This document shows positions 49,442 to 59,545 of a stretch of DNA of 64,000 nt, in pieces (positions within the stretch are counted from its first letter, which is position 1; the number at the start of each line of letters is the position of its first letter). The stretch lies in sequence record DRR723986_8739, one strand, 5' to 3'. Below the pieces are notes generated by a model that had not been told where the DNA came from, made no database searches, and saw nothing but the letters and a program-made list of their open reading frames with translations. A program made the translations under genes and the position numbers.

Positions 49442-50317
49442 TCAATTTCTCATGTCAAAACCCCAATTCAGCTTTTGTCTTAATGTGTCAAAGAAATGAT
49501 AATGAGGCAACTTTACCAATTTTGCTGAAAACTTTTCCTTCTTAACACTAAGCTTCACTTCCGAGGAAATTGACGTTGATCGTGAGTCCAAAGATATTAA
49601 GAATTTTTCGGCCCTTCCCTCTATTTCAAAACTGATCTCACTTTCATCAGAAACAATGATTGGGCGCACATTTAAATTATGTGGACTTACTGGAGTAATC
49701 ACTAGGTTTTTTGCCTCAGGTGAGATTAATGGCCCTCCGCAACTTAAAGAATAGCCTGTAGATCCAGTTGGGGTAGAGACGATCAATCCATCCGCCCAAT
49801 AACTGTTCAAATATTTGCCATCAATGTACGTATGAACTGTGATCATGGATGAGGTGTCCCGCTTATGAATAGTAAATTCATTCAAGCCAAAATTTAACCC
49901 ATTAAATAATTTCCGATGACTTTCCAGAGAGATTAAGGTCCGGGTTTCCAATTGGAAATTACCCGTAGCCAAATCAGCTATGGCATCTGAAATTTTTTCT
50001 GTCGCTACTGTAGCTAAAAATCCAAGTCTTCCTGTATTCAGGCCTAAGATGGGAACTTCAAGATCACCTACTTGGGTAACTGCGTCTAGCAACGTGCCGT
50101 CTCCACCTATGGAAATCATAAAATCCATAGCAGCCATGTCCTCTCTGCTTTCGAGTACCCAATAGTTTAAGACATTGTTGCCATGCATACGAAGCTGCCG
50201 ATCAAATTGCTCAGTGGCGAAAATCTCGAATTGATGCTTGGTGAGTTCGTTAAAAAGTGACTGAACGTCTGAAAATAATTCTGTTTTCAGAGCTAAGCCA
50301 TGAAGGGCGACTTTCAT
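49442..50317 (-). CDS. nadK: NAD kinase
   Basis: SIGGDGTLL, G.NTGRLGFLA, LNE, ADGLIVSTPTGSTGYSLSCGGP. Confidence 0.96.
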   Translation of the reverse strand: MKVALHGLALKTELFSDVQSLFNELTKHQFEIFATEQFDRQLRMHGNNVLNYWVLESREDMAAMDFMISIGGDGTLLDAVTQVGDLEVPILGLNTGRLGFLATVATEKISDAIADLATGNFQLETRTLISLESHRKLFNGLNFGLNEFTIHKRDTSSMITVHTYIDGKYLNSYWADGLIVSTPTGSTGYSLSCGGPLISPEAKNLVITPVSPHNLNVRPIIVSDESEISFEIEGRAEKFLISLDSRSTSISSEVKLSVKKEKFSAKLVKLPHYHFFDTLRQKLNWGFDMRN

Positions 50318-50320
50318 GTC

Positions 50321-50986
50321 CTAAATATCTAAAAATCTTAACAAGTTACCGATTCTGTCTTCTTCCCCGCTTACACCTGACTCTTCTTGATAATGATCGA
50401 TGATTTTATAGCCAAATCTTTCAAGCGTTGCTTTTATATGTCTCAACTCTGTTTGATCAAGTTTCAAAGTGAGCTTGATCTTGCTGTCATCTAAAGGGTC
50501 TGTTGTGATAAAAGAACTTAGAATCTTAGTGTTCTCAGATTCGATAATTCGAGATATTTCTGCTAAACTATAATCAGTCATTGCAAGAGAGAGGATTACA
50601 ACACTCCCTTGTGATTTGATGGAAAGACTATCTGCGAATGCAGAAATAGAATCTTCCATAGTTACAATGCCAAGGTAATTTGATTCTCTGTCTAAAACAG
50701 CTACAATATTTGAATTTTGCTCTGAGCTAACGCGCAAAACATCATAAATATGCTTGTCGGAATATACCCAGCAATTCGGATTGGAAGGTTGGATATCAGA
50801 GATTAAAGTTTCTGGATTGTTAACCTCAAAAATTGTTTCTTCTTTAATGAGGCCTAAAAAAACTCCTTTATCAATAATTGGAAGTACGTCAGTTCTGATT
50901 TCTTCCATCCATGCTAATGCCATTCCTGTTTTATCAGAAAGCTTCAGGGGTGGGATCAGATTGTTGATGTATTCGTAGGCGTGCAT
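50321..50986 (-). CDS. CBS domain-containing protein
   Basis: Tandem CBS (LPIID.G.FLGLI; VLD...YLGIVT) plus ACT-like C-terminus (DYSL.EISRI.ES.N.KILS). Confidence 0.88.
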   Translation of the reverse strand: MHAYEYINNLIPPLKLSDKTGMALAWMEEIRTDVLPIIDKGVFLGLIKEETIFEVNNPETLISDIQPSNPNCWVYSDKHIYDVLRVSSEQNSNIVAVLDRESNYLGIVTMEDSISAFADSLSIKSQGSVVILSLAMTDYSLAEISRIIESENTKILSSFITTDPLDDSKIKLTLKLDQTELRHIKATLERFGYKIIDHYQEESGVSGEEDRIGNLLRFLDI

Positions 50987-51078
50987 AAAAGAAAGATAGG
51001 GAATGAATTTAGATTATGAAACGCCTGAACCCCTATTCTTGTTCCTTTTTAGCGAAATTAGCGATGGTTTCTTTAGTA

Positions 51079-52278
51079 TTACAAAAGGAAATAATTATAA
51101 ATTATCCCTAAAACCACACCACCTGCGATGATTATGGGCGATGAGATTTTGGTAAACTGTAGCAATACATAGGTGGCCAGGATAAAAAGAATATTTAGGC
51201 CGTTTGCCTCCATAGGCTCAAAAAGTAAGTAGGCTGCTGCAATTAACATCCCACACGAAACAGCGTTGATTCCTTCCAATGCCGCTCTTACTGGGCGGTA
51301 TTTTTTTAATTGATCCCAAAATCTGATGACAAAGAATATTAGGAAAATCCCAGGAAGAAAAATTCCTGCCGCTGCGATAAATCCTCCCATAAAAAAACCA
51401 GCAGTTCCAAATTCTTTCATCGATAATGCACCTACGTAGGAAGAAATGCTGAAAGTTGGTCCTGGAATACCTTGGGAAATTGCATACCCGGTAAGGAATT
51501 CCTCCGAGCTGAGAAAATGCTTAAAGTCAACAAATTCTGTGTATAAATAGGGGACAAGGACTTGGCCTCCGCCGAAGATCAAACTTCCGTTACGATAGAA
51601 ATTCTCGAAAAGTATCAGAGGTTGATATTTAGTAACAGCACCCAGTCCAGCTGCCGCTATCAAAACTCCCGCCCATAGGTAGAAGTTAGCCCATTCAATT
51701 TTCAGAGGAGCATCTTTCTCAAGCTTGGGTTGCTGTTTGTATTTGATGGAAGTGCTCAGACCACCAATAATTAATAGAACTGGGAAAATATAAGGTGAAC
51801 TATAGAAAAATGAAACAAAAGCTGAAATCAAAACCAGTACCATTGCCTCGGTAGTTTTGATTGTTTTACCAATTATTTTTTGCGCAGCAAAAATGATAAA
51901 ACCAATTGCCATAGGCTGAATAAACCGTGCAAAATCCAATGCTCCTGGTGTATTTTCCTGAAGAAAATAGATGAGCATTGCAGCAAAAATCATGAGAAGT
52001 GTTGCTGGTAAAATCCAAACTAGCAATGCGAGGTAGGCTAAATTCGGTCCTCCCACACGATAGGCAATCGCACAAACCAATTGTGTGGAAGATGGACCTG
52101 GGAGCATATTGCACAGTGCATTAAGCTCCCAAAGTTCATCTTCCAGAATGTAGGCTCTACGTTTTACCATACGCTCCAGCAACATCGCAAGAAAGGCCTG
52201 AGGGCCTCCAAAGGCTGTAAGAGAAAGCGTGATAGTGTCTTTCAAAAATACATAGTATCGGACTTTCTTTACCGACAT
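51079..52278 (-). CDS. chrA: Chromate efflux (CHR) family transporter
   Basis: AFGGP, LPGPSSTQ, FGGGQVL, Q..PGP.FS duplicated CHR domains. Confidence 0.93.
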   Translation of the reverse strand: MSVKKVRYYVFLKDTITLSLTAFGGPQAFLAMLLERMVKRRAYILEDELWELNALCNMLPGPSSTQLVCAIAYRVGGPNLAYLALLVWILPATLLMIFAAMLIYFLQENTPGALDFARFIQPMAIGFIIFAAQKIIGKTIKTTEAMVLVLISAFVSFFYSSPYIFPVLLIIGGLSTSIKYKQQPKLEKDAPLKIEWANFYLWAGVLIAAAGLGAVTKYQPLILFENFYRNGSLIFGGGQVLVPYLYTEFVDFKHFLSSEEFLTGYAISQGIPGPTFSISSYVGALSMKEFGTAGFFMGGFIAAAGIFLPGIFLIFFVIRFWDQLKKYRPVRAALEGINAVSCGMLIAAAYLLFEPMEANGLNILFILATYVLLQFTKISSPIIIAGGVVLGIIYNYFLL

Positions 52279-52281
52279 CCC

Positions 52282-53259
52282 TTATTTTCTCAGTCCCAGT
52301 TCGCGAAGTCTTTCTTCTAGGAATTCTCCTGCGGTAGCATCTTCAAACTGTTTTGGGTGGTCTGAATCGACACAGCTTTCCAGACAAGTAAGATCCATTT
52401 CAGATCTTGGGTGCATAAAGAAAGGAATGGAATACCTACTTGTGTTCATTTTTTCCCGAGGTGGGTTGACCACGCGGTGGATGGTAGATTTCAATTTTTT
52501 ATTGGTTAGTCTTTCCAGCATATCACCTACATTCACTACGAGTTGGTCAGGCAGGGCAGTAATTGGTATCCATTTTCCATCCATACGCTTTACTTGAAGT
52601 CCATCAGCACTTGCTCCCATTAGCAAAGTAATCAAGTTAATATCGCCATGTTCGGCAGCTCTTACGGCATCGGCAGGTACCTCATCGGGGTTTTCAATTG
52701 GGAAATAATGGATTTGCCTCAAAATTGAATTTCCATAAGCAACCTTGTCTTCAAAATAATTTTCATTCAACTCCAAAGAAAGCGCAATTGCCTGAAGCAT
52801 GGATTTTCCAGCGCTTTCAAGCGTACGGTATGCTTCATTTGCATCATTTTGAAATTCTGGAAGCTCAGTAGGCCAGATGTTTGGAGGATATTCAGATTTG
52901 ATAGGGTCAGTGTCGGGAATTCGGCTGAGTTCTTGCCCTACATGATAAAATTCCTTTAAATCTCCAGTATTTCTGCCTTTGGCATGCTCTTTTCCCTTCC
53001 CAGTATAGCCTCGTTGAAATCCGATTTCCGGTTTCTCATATTTGGCTTTAACATTGTCTGGAAGTTTGAAGAAATTTTTGATCGATCCGTAAAGTCTGTC
53101 TTGAAGATCCTGGGATAAGCCATGGTTCTTAATAGCTACAAAACCAATGTTTTGGTATGCTTCCCCAAGCTTTTGTACAAATGCAGCTTTTTGAGCAGGC
53201 GTACCCGCCGTAAAATCAGCTAAATCCAAACTTGGGATCTCATCAAATAGGATGTCCAT
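52282..53259 (-). CDS. Isopenicillin N synthase-like 2OG-Fe(II) oxygenase
   Basis: IP.LDL.DF, GF..I.NHG, HGDINLITLL (HxD), NVGDML.R.TN..L.ST.HRV, RYSIPFF. Confidence 0.93.
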   Translation of the reverse strand: MDILFDEIPSLDLADFTAGTPAQKAAFVQKLGEAYQNIGFVAIKNHGLSQDLQDRLYGSIKNFFKLPDNVKAKYEKPEIGFQRGYTGKGKEHAKGRNTGDLKEFYHVGQELSRIPDTDPIKSEYPPNIWPTELPEFQNDANEAYRTLESAGKSMLQAIALSLELNENYFEDKVAYGNSILRQIHYFPIENPDEVPADAVRAAEHGDINLITLLMGASADGLQVKRMDGKWIPITALPDQLVVNVGDMLERLTNKKLKSTIHRVVNPPREKMNTSRYSIPFFMHPRSEMDLTCLESCVDSDHPKQFEDATAGEFLEERLRELGLRK

Positions 53260-53334
53260 ATGTTTAATGTATTATAGTTCTATTTCTAATTTATCTTTAA
53301 AATTAAATATCTTTAATCTCAATTTACACGCTGT

Positions 53335-54102
53335 ATGAATAAAATCCTGACTTTACTCTCATTCATTTGTCTTTTTTCAGCTTGTAGTTCCGAGAAAGAG
53401 AGGGTTAATGAGGAAGTAGTTGAATTACCGAATAGTCAAGGCACAGAAGATGTAGCTACTCCTCAGGTAAAATTCTTTCAATATGAGGGGCAAGCTGCCT
53501 ACCCTGATGCAATTCTTGAATTATATACACCTTTAGGAAATCAAATTTTTAAGCCAGGAAAAGTTCCGTTCGAGTTTAATGTCAAAAACTTTCCTTTCGA
53601 TCTAAACGAAACTAAGGAATTTAAGCTTTTCAATATTTTAAATGGAGGCGATCCTGCTGGGTTTTATTCTCCGATTTTTCAAAGAGATCTTACAGAAGGA
53701 AGTTACCGGGTCGTCGCTTATTTGGTAGATGAGGAAGGACTTGCTCTGAAAAATTTCGGAAATTATGTTGATAGAGATTTTCAAGTTGGAGACTCTAGAC
53801 CTTTTCCATATTCAGCGGAGCCTTATTTGGCTTTGAATTATCCAAGGTCAGATCAGGTTTATGACTCTGGTAGCGAAGTAGTTATTGATTTTTTGGTGAT
53901 CGGTGGAGATATGAAACTTGATGGACTTAAAGTCTCTATTCAGCTAAATGATCTAAGCTATGAAATTGATCACATGGCTCCTGTCCGAGTAGAAAATCTT
54001 CCTGTTGGAAATTACCAGGTGAAAGTGAGATTGCTACGATCCGATGGAAAAGAGCTTGACGGACCATTTTCAAGTGTGAGTAAAGACATCATTGTTCGCT
54101 AA
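53335..54102 (+). CDS. Hypothetical lipoprotein with two Ig-like domains
   Basis: Lipobox FSAC; two similar beta-sandwich-like halves. Confidence 0.75.
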   Translation: MNKILTLLSFICLFSACSSEKERVNEEVVELPNSQGTEDVATPQVKFFQYEGQAAYPDAILELYTPLGNQIFKPGKVPFEFNVKNFPFDLNETKEFKLFNILNGGDPAGFYSPIFQRDLTEGSYRVVAYLVDEEGLALKNFGNYVDRDFQVGDSRPFPYSAEPYLALNYPRSDQVYDSGSEVVIDFLVIGGDMKLDGLKVSIQLNDLSYEIDHMAPVRVENLPVGNYQVKVRLLRSDGKELDGPFSSVSKDIIVR

Positions 54103-54108
54103 CATGGT

Positions 54109-54116
54109 TATCTTTG
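54109..54116 (+). promoter_or_regulatory. -7 box (TATCTTTG) for serS
   Basis: TAnnTTTG match 25 nt before the ATG. Confidence 0.6.
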
Positions 54117-54141
54117 AGACTTCAATTTCAACTATGTTAAA

Positions 54142-55416
54142 ATGCTTTTAGTTAATCAGATTCGTGAAAACTTCGCCGGCGTACTTGCCGGTCTACAAAA
54201 GAGAAATTTCCCAAATGCAGAGGCTGTCTTAAATCAGGCAGTGGCTCTTGATGAATTGAGAAAATCCACTCAGTCGGAGCGTGATCAGATTCAAAGTGAA
54301 TCAAATGCTATTTCAAAAGAAATCGGAACGCTTATGCGTGAGGGAAGAGCCGAAGAAGCAGTCAAGATTAAAGAGAAAACGGCTGAGCTGAAAATTCAAG
54401 TGAAGGATCTTGAAGAGCAAAATTCGAAAGCAGAAGCAGATTTAATAGCCTTACTTTATACTATCCCTAATGTGCCACATATTTCTGTTCCTGCAGGGAA
54501 ATCTGCTGAGGACAATGAAGTAGTCTTGGAGAATGGCGCTATTCCTACGCTGTATGAAGGCAAGCTTCCTCACTGGGACTTGATCAAAAAATACGATATC
54601 ATCGATTTTGATCTGGGCAATAAAATTTCTGGTGCTGGATTTCCAGTATATAAAGGAAAAGGGGCTAGGCTGCAGCGAGCTTTGATTAATTTCTTCTTGG
54701 ATGAAGCACTCGAGCAAGGATATTACGAAATCCAACCGCCAATTTTGGTAAATGAAGACTCAGGCTATGGAACTGGTCAACTTCCAGATAAGGAGGGGCA
54801 AATGTATTATGCAGGTGCTGATAACTTGTATTTGATTCCAACTGGTGAGGTTCCAATCACCAATATTTACCGTGATGTGATTCTTTCTGAAAGTGATCTG
54901 CCTATCAAAAACGTGGGACATTCTCCATGTTTCCGTAGAGAAGCAGGAAGCTGGGGCGCTCATGTGAGAGGATTGAATAGACTTCACCAATTTGACAAAG
55001 TGGAGATCGTGCAGATAACCCATCCTGATAAATCCTATGAGACATTAGAAAGCATGAGCACTTATGTGCAAGGACTATTGCAAAAGCTGGAATTACCTTA
55101 CCGTGTTTTGAGACTTTGTGGAGGTGATATGGGCTTTACGTCTGCGCTGACTTATGATATGGAGGTATTCTCTGCGGCACAGGAAAGATGGTTGGAAGTT
55201 AGTTCTGTTTCTAACTTCGAAACCTATCAGTCGAATCGCCTGAAATTGAGATTCCGTGGTGAAGATAAAAAAATCCAATTAGCTCATTCACTGAATGGGA
55301 GTGCATTGGCATTGCCTAGAATAGTAGCTTCCATCTTGGAAAACAATCAAACTCCAGAAGGTATCATGATGCCAAAGGTGCTTCAGCCTTATTTAGGATT
55401 TGATAGGATCTCCTAA
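54142..55416 (+). CDS. serS: Serine--tRNA ligase
   Basis: N-terminal coiled coil, GTGQLP, LIPT.EVP, FRREAGS.G...RGL.R.HQF.KVE, LNGSALA.PR. Confidence 0.98.
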   Translation: MLLVNQIRENFAGVLAGLQKRNFPNAEAVLNQAVALDELRKSTQSERDQIQSESNAISKEIGTLMREGRAEEAVKIKEKTAELKIQVKDLEEQNSKAEADLIALLYTIPNVPHISVPAGKSAEDNEVVLENGAIPTLYEGKLPHWDLIKKYDIIDFDLGNKISGAGFPVYKGKGARLQRALINFFLDEALEQGYYEIQPPILVNEDSGYGTGQLPDKEGQMYYAGADNLYLIPTGEVPITNIYRDVILSESDLPIKNVGHSPCFRREAGSWGAHVRGLNRLHQFDKVEIVQITHPDKSYETLESMSTYVQGLLQKLELPYRVLRLCGGDMGFTSALTYDMEVFSAAQERWLEVSSVSNFETYQSNRLKLRFRGEDKKIQLAHSLNGSALALPRIVASILENNQTPEGIMMPKVLQPYLGFDRIS

Positions 55417-55434
55417 TGGATAGACCCTACTTAT

Positions 55435-55465
55435 AGCGTGAAGATTACTTCTTCACGCTTTTTTT
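55435..55465 (+). terminator. Intrinsic terminator after serS
   Basis: AGCGTGAAGA-ttact-TCTTCACGCT plus T tract. Confidence 0.85.
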
Positions 55466-55493
55466 GTTACCCTCTTAAGCCTTGATTCTTTCC

Positions 55494-55877
55494 TTACCCT
55501 ACATTTTCCTCAAAAAGGCATTCCAAAGTTTTCTCCAAGTCCTCGGCAGTTCCAGAATGGGGCCGTGAAGTTTGGATAATGGAGCTTCTTACAGCAGTTA
55601 GCCATCTAAACCTAGAGGCTAAATCCATGGATGCAATATTACCCCCTGCTTCTGAACCAGTGCATATTTTTTCAAATGAGGCCAAATTAAGTGCAATCAT
55701 TTCAACATCAGCATGAGGATCCAGCATCAATAATTTTTGAGTGTTCAAATGTATCTTACAGGCAAGGAAATTTCTTTTCCAATGGCAGATCACTACACCA
55801 ACATTGATGAATTCCTCCCTTTCCACCCGTGGCACTACACGGATGATCGCGTATTCATATAAGTGCTGTTCTTGCAT
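55494..55877 (-). CDS. DUF3037 domain-containing protein
   Basis: YEYAIIRVVPRVEREEFINVGV, RF.WL.A.RS.IIQTS..H.G. Confidence 0.9.
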   Translation of the reverse strand: MQEQHLYEYAIIRVVPRVEREEFINVGVVICHWKRNFLACKIHLNTQKLLMLDPHADVEMIALNLASFEKICTGSEAGGNIASMDLASRFRWLTAVRSSIIQTSRPHSGTAEDLEKTLECLFEENVG

Positions 55878-56649
55878 CTTGAGCTTCTTTTATGAATTGA
55901 TCAGAATAGGAAAGGCGAAGATTCAAAAAGTCTTGGTAAACCTTTCTCACTTCATCTGCATGCTCAGAATCGCCACCCGCTAGTAGCCATTCTTCTGGAA
56001 TAGTATTTACAATTGCGCTGATTTTCTCTGGGGTCAAAACCTTTTTAAAAGTTGCATTTACAGTTTCTAGTTCTGAAGCCGCTGGAAGCAACACATGATT
56101 TTTAATTATAGGAAAAGGGCTTTCCGCATTTTTCTTCCAATTCACCCATGCATGTTGAAATAAGAAAGAAGCCCCATGATCGATTAACCAAAGCTCTCGA
56201 TTCCAAATTAGCATGTTTGTGTTTCTAAAAGTCCGATCCACATTCGTGATGAACATGTCCAGCCAGACTATTTGCGAAGCTAGAAGAGGATCTGTATTCA
56301 TGGCCACGGGATCGTAGTTGATCGCTCCAGATAAGAAATGCAGGGCTAGGTTAAGGCCTTGGCTACCTTTGAGCAGGTCTTGAATTTCTTCGTCTCCCTC
56401 AGATCTACCAAATGCTGGATCAAGGTTGGCGAAGACTAATTCCGGGACTTTCAAACTTAAAGCTCTGGCAATTTCCCCGCCCAGTAGTTCGGCGATGAGT
56501 GCTTTTTCTCGCTGACCAGCTCCTCGGAATTTGAGTACATATTTAAACCCATCATCTGCATCAGCAAGAGCAGGCAGTGATCCTCCTTCTCGTAGGGGGA
56601 GAATATACCGGGTTACATTTACGTTGCGTAAACTTAATTTTTGATCCAT
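55855..56649 (-). CDS. HipA-like kinase (HipA_2 type)
   Basis: PLREGGSLP, YVLKFRGAGQ, L.AEL, N.DRT..N.N.L, LWLIDHGA; overlaps the DUF3037 start; ATG 56649 preferred. Confidence 0.9.
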   Translation of the reverse strand: MDQKLSLRNVNVTRYILPLREGGSLPALADADDGFKYVLKFRGAGQREKALIAELLGGEIARALSLKVPELVFANLDPAFGRSEGDEEIQDLLKGSQGLNLALHFLSGAINYDPVAMNTDPLLASQIVWLDMFITNVDRTFRNTNMLIWNRELWLIDHGASFLFQHAWVNWKKNAESPFPIIKNHVLLPAASELETVNATFKKVLTPEKISAIVNTIPEEWLLAGGDSEHADEVRKVYQDFLNLRLSYSDQFIKEAQDARTALI

Positions 56650-56698
56650 TTGATACTTATAATGCAAGCCTTGATTGTCCAAAGTTAAAGAATCTGAT

Positions 56699-57580
56699 TT
56701 AGATCAGTTCTTCTACATGCTTTTGGATGTTTGAAGATAATTTCCCCATAGGTAGGTCATTGGCATCGGTGCCAAAAGGCTCTTCGATTTCTTCGGCTAT
56801 CAATTCTAAACTGGCTAATACGTAAAATATAAAAGTCACGATCGGGGCAGCATAATATCCTAGTGAAAATACATATCCAAGAGGCAAAGTGACTACATAA
56901 GCCAAAATGAATTTCTTAATAAAAGAGCTGTAAGAGTAGGGAATTGGTGTGTTTTTGATTCGTTCACATGCACCGCATATATCTGTGAATGACATTAACT
57001 CCTGGTTCAAAACGATCAATTGATCGCCTGTAATTATTTTGGCTTTATACAGATCATTCACCTTAGCAAACATCAATTTAGCGACTTGGTTGGGAACATG
57101 TTTTTCTGGATCGATCTCGGGTTTTATATCCTCATCTTCCTTGTCATCCAGCATATAAAGTGTCACTTTGGATTGCAAATGTTCCTTTAGGGCGAAAGCA
57201 TAAATGGGAATTGTTCTCCTGAAAAATTTTCTGGATTCTTCGTCAGAATTATCAAGCATTCCGGCCAGCTTTAGGGCTAGATTTCGGCTATTGTTTACCA
57301 ATTGCCCCCATAGTTTCCTGCCTTCCCACCATCTGTCATATGCAGTATTCGTTCGGAAGACCAATAACATGGAAATCACAAAGCTCAGTAAACTGTGCAT
57401 GATTGGGATATTTTTCACCCAACTGTTTTCGCTAATCTTTAAATAGTCAATTTCCAGCCAAGCCATTCCTATGGAATAAGCAAAAATCAGGAGCATAAAA
57501 GGGCCTAACTTGACTAAGGTGTCAGACTTTTGAATAAAAAATAAAACTTTAAACCATTCCTTTGGATTATATCCTTTCAT
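56699..57580 (-). CDS. Bestrophin family (YneE-like) ion channel
   Basis: LLVFRTNTAYDRWWEGRK.WG.L.N.SR, G.CERIKNTPIP.SY, EIE.PFG.D.NDLP. Confidence 0.95.
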   Translation of the reverse strand: MKGYNPKEWFKVLFFIQKSDTLVKLGPFMLLIFAYSIGMAWLEIDYLKISENSWVKNIPIMHSLLSFVISMLLVFRTNTAYDRWWEGRKLWGQLVNNSRNLALKLAGMLDNSDEESRKFFRRTIPIYAFALKEHLQSKVTLYMLDDKEDEDIKPEIDPEKHVPNQVAKLMFAKVNDLYKAKIITGDQLIVLNQELMSFTDICGACERIKNTPIPYSYSSFIKKFILAYVVTLPLGYVFSLGYYAAPIVTFIFYVLASLELIAEEIEEPFGTDANDLPMGKLSSNIQKHVEELI

Positions 57581-57656
57581 GTTGTTAGCAAAAGTGTTTT
57601 GAATGAGTTAGAAGAAAAGTGACAATTTACTGAGGCCTATTACAGCACGTGATAGT

Positions 57657-58262
57657 CTATTTGTTGGTAAGGAGATGCTGATGTATTTTTAAAACCTGTG
57701 GGATGAGCAACTTATTGTCTGTGTTCTTGATCACAAAATCAGCTAGTTCATTTTTCTGCTCATCTGGAAGTTGCTGGTTGATTATCTGGTTTACCTGCTC
57801 TTCCTTACGAAATGGATCACGCATCAATATTCTGGCAATACGGACTTTCAAGGGAGAACTAACATTGATGACTTTATCTAGCGTTTTTTCACCTCCAGTT
57901 TCAAAGATTAATGCAGCTTCTTTTAAGACATAAGGGGCATGTTGCTGCTCTGTCCAAGCAAAAAAATCTTTTCCAACGGCCGGATGTACCAGCGCATTAA
58001 TCATTTTAACCTTCTCCGGGTCTGAAAAGACTTCATTAGCTAAGAAAGTTCTATTTAAGCTACCGTCAGCGGAGAAGGATTCTGGCCCAAAGGCATTGGT
58101 AAGCTGCCTCTTCAATTCCTCATCATTTCCCATAAGCCACTTTGCTCGATCATCAGCTGAATAAATGGGAATTCCTAGTATAGAAAAAATCTTTGCAACA
58201 GTAGATTTTCCTGAGCCAATTCCACCAGTTATACCGACTAAGATGGGAGAGGTGTTACTCAT
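57657..58262 (-). CDS. coaE: Dephospho-CoA kinase
   Basis: GITGGIGSGKST, AD..AK, HP.V, E.ALIFE. Confidence 0.96.
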   Translation of the reverse strand: MSNTSPILVGITGGIGSGKSTVAKIFSILGIPIYSADDRAKWLMGNDEELKRQLTNAFGPESFSADGSLNRTFLANEVFSDPEKVKMINALVHPAVGKDFFAWTEQQHAPYVLKEAALIFETGGEKTLDKVINVSSPLKVRIARILMRDPFRKEEQVNQIINQQLPDEQKNELADFVIKNTDNKLLIPQVLKIHQHLLTNK

Positions 58263-59217
58263 ACTTTAATTTTAAGATTTCTGGTTGAGCTACAACTTGT
58301 TCGAGGTAGTCAGGCATTGGTTTTACCTGTACGGTGATAGTACTGTCCTCTTTATTCCTTTTGTAATAATCTAAAATTGCTTCGAATTCTAAGTCTTTTA
58401 ATTCGGATGATTTACGTTCATCCACCAAATATGAAATCATGATTACGACTTCTTCATTTTGTAAAGAAACCGACTTTGGGAAGTTTAATTTTTTAATTTT
58501 TAGCCGCTTATTTCCTTCAAGGAATTCAACAACGTCAAATTTAACCTGGATATTTTCGACTTCAAGCGTCACATGATTTCCAAGATTTTCAGGGATAGTA
58601 AGCGCTATTTCTTTATCAATTGACTTGTTAATACGGTTTTCCTCCAGATTAACTGGAAAACTTTTTAAACTGTCTAAAAGTGAGCTAGGCCCTTTGAGTG
58701 TAATGGTGCTTGGATTAAAAGTAACTGGTCCGATTGCTCTATAGTTTTTACTCATAGAAAAACCTGCCGAATCCAAGACAGGATTGAGTTTGACTGTTTT
58801 GATTTTATCAATTTTAAATGTTAATGAATCCTGAAGGACAGAATTAAGCTGAGTTGGAGAAAGGAACTCCCCTAGAGACCTTTTAAGGTCGGCGGTAAGA
58901 ATGTAATTCTTTGAGGCTGGATTTGATAGCTCTACAGGATAAGAGTCGCTGTTAAAGTTGAAATATTTCCTTAGTAGGTCCCAGCCGTTTCCGGATATTT
59001 CTATTTCCAAAGTTTTTGGGAGACTGGCGACAGCTACATACTGATCTTTGTCGTAAACTAATTCAATTGGAAAATCGACAATAGTATTATAATCGTCCTT
59101 ATTGAGGGCGTTTAAAATCCAAAAAGTGGTAGCTGCTGCGATGCAGAGGACTACCACTTTCAGATTAGAGAGTTTTTTTGGAGAAATCCTTTTTGAGGAT
59201 TTTTTAGTTTCCGGCAA
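58255..59217 (-). CDS. YbbR/CdaR-like domain protein
   Basis: N-terminal TM (FW.LNAL.K.Y), G.GW.LL, P..I...GP motifs; conserved position between yajC and coaE. Confidence 0.75.
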   Translation of the reverse strand: MPETKKSSKRISPKKLSNLKVVVLCIAAATTFWILNALNKDDYNTIVDFPIELVYDKDQYVAVASLPKTLEIEISGNGWDLLRKYFNFNSDSYPVELSNPASKNYILTADLKRSLGEFLSPTQLNSVLQDSLTFKIDKIKTVKLNPVLDSAGFSMSKNYRAIGPVTFNPSTITLKGPSSLLDSLKSFPVNLEENRINKSIDKEIALTIPENLGNHVTLEVENIQVKFDVVEFLEGNKRLKIKKLNFPKSVSLQNEEVVIMISYLVDERKSSELKDLEFEAILDYYKRNKEDSTITVQVKPMPDYLEQVVAQPEILKLKYE

Positions 59218-59225
59218 AATTCAAT

Positions 59226-59543
59226 TTATTTTTTTGTTTCAGTCTTCTTTGAGAAATCTAGAGAAATAGCAGATTTTTCAACTTTGACCTTCATGCCTCT
59301 GTCAAGTTCAAGGATAACTGTGTCGCCTTCAACTGAGCTTACTTTTCCGTGAAGTCCGCCGATTGTTACTACTTCGTCGCCCTTTTTGATTTCTTCAATG
59401 AATTTTTTGCTTTCCTTTTGTTTTTTTTGCTGTGGTCTGATCATGAAGAAATACATAATCAGGATAATAGAACCGAAAAGGAAAACTTGTCCTAAAATTC
59501 CGCTACCACCTGCGGCAGCCTGGGCTAGTACTGTAGAAATCAT
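59226..59543 (-). CDS. yajC: Preprotein translocase subunit YajC
   Basis: YFFMIRPQQKKQK, KGDEVVTIGGLHG. Confidence 0.97.
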   Translation of the reverse strand: MISTVLAQAAAGGSGILGQVFLFGSIILIMYFFMIRPQQKKQKESKKFIEEIKKGDEVVTIGGLHGKVSSVEGDTVILELDRGMKVKVEKSAISLDFSKKTETKK

Positions 59544-59545
59544 AA

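Noticed and set aside
51079-53259. IPNS-like oxygenase plus ChrA as a possible biosynthetic or resistance cluster
   Set aside because: No NRPS/ACV synthetase or other tailoring genes; both families are common stand-alone genes.
58255-59217. YbbR/CdaR-like gene as a sign of a c-di-AMP module
   Set aside because: No diadenylate cyclase nearby; nusB-yajC-ybbR-coaE is an ordinary Bacteroidota arrangement.
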